The position numbers and the translations under genes are program-made. 13,003 nucleotides of DNA from Vulcanimicrobiaceae bacterium (GTDB lineage: Bacteria; Vulcanimicrobiota; Vulcanimicrobiia; Vulcanimicrobiales; Vulcanimicrobiaceae), in contig JBHEMM010000034.1 in assembly GCA_046262595.1 (NCBI GenBank), positions 1-13,003 of the forward strand. Reading direction: 5' to 3'. The notes beneath the pieces were generated by a model, which was not told the DNA's origin, did no database searches, and saw only the letters and a list, made by a program, of their open reading frames with translations. This document shows positions 8,748 to 13,003 of this stretch, in pieces (within the stretch, counting starts at the first letter, position 1; each line of letters starts with the position of its first letter).

Positions 8748-9982
8748 TGAGGCGGATCGCATGCGGTTTGCTCGCTCTTCTTCTCTCCGGCTGCGCGGCC
8801 GGCGCGCAAACGCGCCCCGCGTACGTCGACGTGAATGCGCTCGTGCCGCAGGATCCGCTCTACGGTACGCTCGCGCAATACGATCGCCAGATTGCCGCCC
8901 TGGAGGGAACGCTGCACACGCGCTTCGCGAACGCCGATGCGGCCATCGCCAATGCGTCGCGCGCCGTATCGCGCGACGCGCAGGCCGTCAGCGCGCGCTA
9001 CCGCGCAACGGCGCAAGCCCCCGTGCCGCCCGCCTTCGCCCGCCGCGCGCTAAACGTGACGCCCACGGCGCAGATGGGCAGCGGCATCGCGCAAACGATC
9101 ACGCAAAACTACCGGCAGCAGCGCACCGATCTGCAAGACACCGCGCAGCGCGACATGGCGCGCTACCGCTCGGCGCTCGCCGCCCAAGAGCAGCACGCGT
9201 ACGCAGCGTTCGCGGATTCCGTCAACGAGCGCACGCAGCAGGCGCTTGCGCTTCGCGCTCAAGAGCTGCGCGAGCGCGAATCGGATGTGCTCTTAGAGCT
9301 CGCGCGCAAAGCGGCGCCGCAGCGTCTGCTGCTGCGCGCGAAGTTGCAGACGCTCGCGCTCACCGGCCCCACGCGCGCCGGTTTTCAAAACCGCCTGCGC
9401 GCCCTACAAAACGCCGACAATGCGGCACTGGCCGGCACACGCCGCGCGGACGACGCCGTTCTTCAAACTTATGCGCGCAGCGTTCGCGCGCGTGCGCAAA
9501 GCGATCTTGCCCTGATGCGCGTGCAGCTCGCGGCGCGCGCCGCGGGCAACCTGAACGCCCGCGAACGCGTCTTGCAGGCGCAAACCTCGGGCGCTCCGGC
9601 GTTCTGGCTCGCCCCCGCACCGCGGGCAACCGGCGCACCGCCGAACGCCCAGGCCGGCATGCAAACGCAATACGATGCGTTGCGCAACCTTCGCCTGCCC
9701 GATGCCGCCATCTTCGGCACGACGCGCGACGATCTGACGGCACGCTGGGATACGCTGCGCCGAGCCAACGACGACGATACGGCGCATACCCAATCGCAAA
9801 TCGCCTGGCTGCGTCACGACCGCGAAGCGGTGCGCAAGCGCATCGTCGCGCAGATCATGTACGAAGCGGGCCAAATTGCAAAGGCGCACGGGTATGCGGC
9901 CGTCATCGGGTCGCGCGCTGCTCCCGGCTCCGTTGATCTCACCCCGCTCGTCGCGGCAGACCTGCGCGCTCTCTCACCTTAA
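8747..9982 (+). CDS. Predicted lipoprotein with Skp/OmpH-like termini and an extended helical/coiled-coil middle
   Basis: Signal peptide with lipobox: MRRIACGLLALLLSG^C. N-terminal PAYVDVNALV resembles the first strand of OmpH. C-terminal IAKAHGYAAVIG...VDLTPLVAADL resembles the OmpH end (vAk..Gy..Vl...DiT..V). The middle is Ala/Gln/Arg/Leu-rich and helical. The ATG overlaps the tamB stop (TGATG). Confidence 0.7.
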   Translation: MRRIACGLLALLLSGCAAGAQTRPAYVDVNALVPQDPLYGTLAQYDRQIAALEGTLHTRFANADAAIANASRAVSRDAQAVSARYRATAQAPVPPAFARRALNVTPTAQMGSGIAQTITQNYRQQRTDLQDTAQRDMARYRSALAAQEQHAYAAFADSVNERTQQALALRAQELRERESDVLLELARKAAPQRLLLRAKLQTLALTGPTRAGFQNRLRALQNADNAALAGTRRADDAVLQTYARSVRARAQSDLALMRVQLAARAAGNLNARERVLQAQTSGAPAFWLAPAPRATGAPPNAQAGMQTQYDALRNLRLPDAAIFGTTRDDLTARWDTLRRANDDDTAHTQSQIAWLRHDREAVRKRIVAQIMYEAGQIAKAHGYAAVIGSRAAPGSVDLTPLVAADLRALSP

Positions 9983-10052
9983 GGACGCGTGATACGGCCG
10001 GGACTAGCGCTTTTCGAAATCCACCGGCTCGAGCGGCACGCGTAAGCGGCGG

Positions 10053-10511
10053 TTACGCTGCGGACGGAAGCGAGAAAACCGCACTTACGCACGTGCCGGC
10101 CTTGCTGCTGATCTCCACCAGAAGTTCGCTGCAAAACTCCTGAGCTAAGAATAAGCCGCGACCACTTTCCGAAAACAGATCGGCCGGCACGGCGACGTGC
10201 GGAAGAAAGCCCGGCCCACTATCGTACACGCGCAGAAACGCGCGCTCGGGCCCGACCTCGAACTTCACCGCAATCGGCCCGGGCGCATGTTTGACGACGT
10301 TCGAAACGAGCTCGTTGAAAATGATTTCTGCGCCGATTTCGCCGCACTGCAGCGGCGCTTCGCGCAGCGCGTCGACAAACGCAGGACGCGCGGTCAAGGC
10401 TTGGACGGCGTCCTCGCAAGCGTACTCCCACAGCACCACAAGCACATCTTCGTCCGCTTGGGCGTCGGGCCTGCGACGCTGCGGGCCGCGTTGCGGAAGC
10501 GTCTCTACCAT
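10053..10511 (-). CDS. ATP-binding protein, RsbW/SpoIIAB-like anti-sigma factor kinase (HATPase_c_2-like)
   Basis: N-box IFNELVSNVVKHA, G1 VYDSGPGF, G2 SESGRGLFLA and terminal GTCVSAVF are present; no HisKA domain. ATG at 10511 (MVETLP...) is chosen because the track's start at 10619 overlaps the upstream small gene. The exact start is uncertain. Confidence 0.85.
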   Translation of the reverse strand: MVETLPQRGPQRRRPDAQADEDVLVVLWEYACEDAVQALTARPAFVDALREAPLQCGEIGAEIIFNELVSNVVKHAPGPIAVKFEVGPERAFLRVYDSGPGFLPHVAVPADLFSESGRGLFLAQEFCSELLVEISSKAGTCVSAVFSLPSAA

Positions 10512-10521
10512 GCAGTACAGC

Positions 10522-10740
10522 TTAGCGCTCCAGTACGACGAAGCGCTCGACAAACGCGGCCGCGTCGTCCGCAAGATGGTCGAACTGCTCGGAACAGATA
10601 TCGCGCGCCTGGGCCGCATCGGCCCGATCGTACCGCGCGCGCAACGCCGCGTCCGCGTAGATCAGCGCGAAGAGTTCGTTATTAAGTTTCGCCCAATTGA
10701 CTTTAAAGCCACAGTCCGGCGAAGGTGCAGAGTCACGCAT
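10522..10740 (-). CDS. Small hypothetical protein (72 aa), probably co-transcribed with the anti-sigma kinase
   Basis: Strong AGGAGG Shine-Dalgarno (10745-10750) just upstream of ATG 10740. Protein MRDSAPSPDCGFKVNWAKLNNELFALIYADAALRARYDRADAAQARDICSEQFDHLADDAAAFVERFVVLER looks helical. Its stop is 10 nt from the proposed next start. Confidence 0.65.
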   Translation of the reverse strand: MRDSAPSPDCGFKVNWAKLNNELFALIYADAALRARYDRADAAQARDICSEQFDHLADDAAAFVERFVVLER

Positions 10741-10843
10741 CGGCCCTCCTAGATCGGTCCTACACAACGTATCGGAACGAAAGCCGCTGAACTAAATATT
10801 GCCGACCACTCGTAGGACCGCCCTGCTGGCAACCATCGGTGAT

Positions 10844-10859
10844 GCCCGGAAAACCGGGC
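10844..10859. other. GC-rich hairpin/inverted repeat in the divergent intergenic region
   Basis: GCCCGG-AAAA-CCGGGC, 19 nt upstream of the prepilin GTG. It has no adjacent U-tract, so its function is unknown. Confidence 0.3.
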
Positions 10860-10878
10860 GCGGGGCACTTATCCCGGC

Positions 10879-12342
10879 GTGGGTCAACGCGGCTTCACGT
10901 TACTTGAAATGCTCGTCGCTGCGGCGATTACCGTCGTGACGGCGTTTTTCTGCCTACAGTTTGCAACCGCGGCATTGCACACGCTGCTGCTAACGCAGAC
11001 ACGCTTCACGCAGGCGGCGGCAATCGACGCCCTCGCCGATCGCTGGCAAGCCGAGGAAGATTCCGCGTGGGCCATCTTCACCCCGCCAAACGACGTGAAC
11101 GGCAATGCAAACGCCGATGGCCATGAGCTGGACTTCTTCACCCGCGATGCCAAGCAGCGCAATTCGTTCTGGGCGTACGATTTCGACGCGCCGGCCAAAA
11201 CGCTCAGGAAGTACCTGTACGCCATGCCGGGCGGCAGGCCGGTGCTCGACCAGTCGTATGCCGGAATCACGTCCTTTTACGCGCACACCTATCCGCTGAG
11301 CGCACTATCCGACAGCTCAAGTAAACTCTATTCGCCGGCATTTGCCGGCGCATCGCTGCAGGACGGCGGCGTGCAGTTCTTTCCCTCGACGCAGCCCTGG
11401 ATCGTCGGCGGAAACCAAATCACGTACGTGCATGTCGAAACCGCGGCGAACGTGCGTGAGATGCACCTCTCGACGCAGACGGCGCCCAGTGGGTACATCG
11501 TCGTGCTGAATTACACGCCCGCACCGTCGCCTTCACCGTCACCGGGGCTCAATATTTGGCCGCCCGCGGTTCGCTACGCGTCAAGCGGAAATCAACTCGC
11601 CTACGATTCCCGCCGCGCCTTTTCCGTTGCCGGCTTCGTGAACGGTTTGCTCGGCGGCGGCCTGGCCGCAGCTGCAGGCACTTGTATCGCGCGCGCATAC
11701 CCGAGCACGACGGCATTAACAAACGATCAGCCCTACACAGCGGGCACGAGGGACCCATGGGGCGCAGGCATCACGATCCGAACGAACGGCTGCTTCAGCG
11801 GCGCAGTAGCCTTGAACGAGCCGGGGTATACTCAGGCGTTCAATGATTATCCTATAGTGGGCGCATGCACCAATACCCAGGTACAGGTTGGCATTTGGAG
11901 CCCGTCGCAGAACGGGCCGACCGCACATCAAGCGTTTTCCGGCGCCAGGAGTACAACGACTACGTGTTATCTTGGATTTCAGGACCTTTCGAGTACGCCG
12001 CATGAAGTGCAGACGACGGCACAGATAGTGGACCCTTGTTGGGAAATTGGCGGAACGTGCACGTACGACATTACTTATCTGAATGATGGCGGCGCGAGTT
12101 GTGATCCGACAACCGGCGAGGTGTCTTCCGGGTATAGCGGCGGTTTCTCTAAAATAGCTCCGACGAGCGCCGGTACGTGGGCCGATCCGACGTTTACGCG
12201 AGCGGCGCCGGGCACGGTAACAGTAACCGAGTACTCAATCTACGAAACCGCTCATGCGATACGGCAAAGTGCTGGCGGCTATCGCTGCGTTTTCTCTAAC
12301 TCCCCGTCCATTACAGGAAACTTCACGATCCCATCGGTATGA
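10879..12342 (+). CDS. Type IV prepilin-like (N-terminal cleavage/methylation) protein with Pro/Ser linker and Cys-rich C-terminal domain; minor pilin or pseudopilin-like
   Basis: Class III signal MGQRG^FTLLEMLVAAAITVVTAFFCL (G-1, F+1, E+5, hydrophobic helix). 487 aa, with a TPAPSPSPSPG linker at about 11515-11547 and eight Cys in the Thr/Gly-rich C-terminal domain. Confidence 0.85.
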   Translation: MGQRGFTLLEMLVAAAITVVTAFFCLQFATAALHTLLLTQTRFTQAAAIDALADRWQAEEDSAWAIFTPPNDVNGNANADGHELDFFTRDAKQRNSFWAYDFDAPAKTLRKYLYAMPGGRPVLDQSYAGITSFYAHTYPLSALSDSSSKLYSPAFAGASLQDGGVQFFPSTQPWIVGGNQITYVHVETAANVREMHLSTQTAPSGYIVVLNYTPAPSPSPSPGLNIWPPAVRYASSGNQLAYDSRRAFSVAGFVNGLLGGGLAAAAGTCIARAYPSTTALTNDQPYTAGTRDPWGAGITIRTNGCFSGAVALNEPGYTQAFNDYPIVGACTNTQVQVGIWSPSQNGPTAHQAFSGARSTTTTCYLGFQDLSSTPHEVQTTAQIVDPCWEIGGTCTYDITYLNDGGASCDPTTGEVSSGYSGGFSKIAPTSAGTWADPTFTRAAPGTVTVTEYSIYETAHAIRQSAGGYRCVFSNSPSITGNFTIPSV

Positions 12343-12497
12343 AATGGGTCGGCGCGCATCATTTTCTCGCACTAGGATTATTGTGAGTAAAAGGCTCAAT
12401 GTAAAAAGACAGCGAGTGCCGAGCGAAGTCGTTGCGGTTTACGTCGCTATTCTCGTTCTCGATTTCATTAGGACCCCGGTCCAAACAAGTTCACTGC

Positions 12498-13003
12498 TTA
12501 AGGCCAAGATAAAGAACTTGATTGTGCCGCGATTCTCGGGTCAATTGGAAACTGCGCAGACCCTCCCACGGCAACTCCACCTGCCACGACTGCTTCGCTC
12601 CAGCTACCTGCAAACCAAAGCGCGTTAGCGCCCAGCGCCTGCGATGTCGGCGTCGTAAACACTCCCGGCTGTTGTATAGTGCTCGATGCGCAATTCGCAC
12701 CACCGCTATCATAGGAATGCCCCGTTCCCCAAGTCAGAAAATTGATTGTCTGTCCGCCGCCATTCGGACTGTTAATCACATATTGTATTCCGCGCGTGTT
12801 TTCCAGCAGCCATTCGTCCACAACCGCCGGCGCCAAGCCTAGCGCCGCACGATCTTGGTTGTAAGCCAAGACGCATGGCGCTTCGATTCGCGCATCGAGC
12901 GTCGAGAGGCGATACGCGCCGCTTGTTTCCACTGCGGGCGGCGTGTAGAGCGGCTGCGCCACGAGCGTCGGCGCCACGAGCGAAGTTTGTGCGGCAAGAA
13001 CGA
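12498..13003 (-). CDS. Hypothetical, possibly exported protein with a CAP/SCP-like segment; 5' end lies outside the window
   Basis: The frame is open to the right edge (...VLAAQTSLVAPTLVAQPLYTPP...). The segment VLAYNQDRAALGLAPAVVDEWL resembles the first CAP-domain motif (N..R...GL.P...D..L). The rest is not clearly canonical. Confidence 0.55.
   Translation of the reverse strand, partial: VLAAQTSLVAPTLVAQPLYTPPAVETSGAYRLSTLDARIEAPCVLAYNQDRAALGLAPAVVDEWLLENTRGIQYVINSPNGGGQTINFLTWGTGHSYDSGGANCASSTIQQPGVFTTPTSQALGANALWFAGSWSEAVVAGGVAVGGSAQFPIDPRIAAQSSSLSWP

Noticed and set aside
3945..9016. Antisense and alternate-frame ORFs within tamB (e.g. 6806..7735 +, 7173..7991 -, 7619..8218 -)
   Set aside because: These are typical high-GC shadow ORFs overlapping a well-supported gene, many with Arg-rich composition and none with recognisable domains.
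8761..9936. 391-aa plus-strand ORF overlapping the lipoprotein gene
   Set aside because: It is an Arg/Ala-rich out-of-frame product. The 8747 frame has the lipobox, the OmpH-like motifs and the start-stop coupling.
9983..10052. Possible bidirectional terminator between convergent genes (ACGCGTG...CACGCGT, GCCGG...CCGGC)
   Set aside because: The stems are interrupted and widely spaced with no flanking U-tract, so it is not supportable as an intrinsic terminator.
12254..12628. 124-aa plus ORF with a hydrophobic PSEVVAVYVAILVL segment, and a 15-aa ATGA-coupled micro-ORF at 12339-12386 (MKWVGAHHFLALGLL)
   Set aside because: The long ORF overlaps both flanking genes and lacks a clear RBS. The micro-ORF is too short to judge. 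Either could be a remnant, but the sequence gives no real support.
10879..13003. Diversity-generating retroelement or shufflon as the source of pilin variation
   Set aside because: No reverse transcriptase, recombinase, TR/VR repeat pair or repeated crossover sites were seen in the window.
1..13003. CRISPR array, tRNA/rRNA, insertion sequence or prophage genes
   Set aside because: The window is almost fully occupied by protein-coding genes, and intergenic gaps are under 300 nt with no repeat-spacer pattern, cloverleaf, or transposase/integrase motif.

Overview
A GC-rich chromosomal window from a diderm bacterium. The gene types resemble Ca. Eremiobacterota/Vulcanimicrobiota, but this is an inference from protein style, not a database result. 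Left, minus strand: a translationally coupled pair. A GAF-like/GGDEF/EAL protein (intact GGDEF, degenerate EAL) precedes a MalT-like STAND/TPR protein with degenerate Walker motifs; the latter runs off the left edge and is missing from the ORF track. Centre, plus strand: a 1662-aa TamB (AsmA-like/DUF490) with a visible ~98-aa repeat period, coupled to a 411-aa lipoprotein with Skp/OmpH-like ends and a much longer helical middle. Right: a 72-aa hypothetical gene plus an RsbW-like HATPase (minus), an orphan 487-aa type IV prepilin-like protein with a Cys-rich C-terminal domain (plus), and a convergent CAP/SCP-like protein running off the right edge. A lower-GC block starts inside the pilin gene and ends inside the convergent gene, suggesting an exchangeable tail-to-tail cassette of two C-termini. 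No rRNA, tRNA, CRISPR array, transposase or integrase was recognised.
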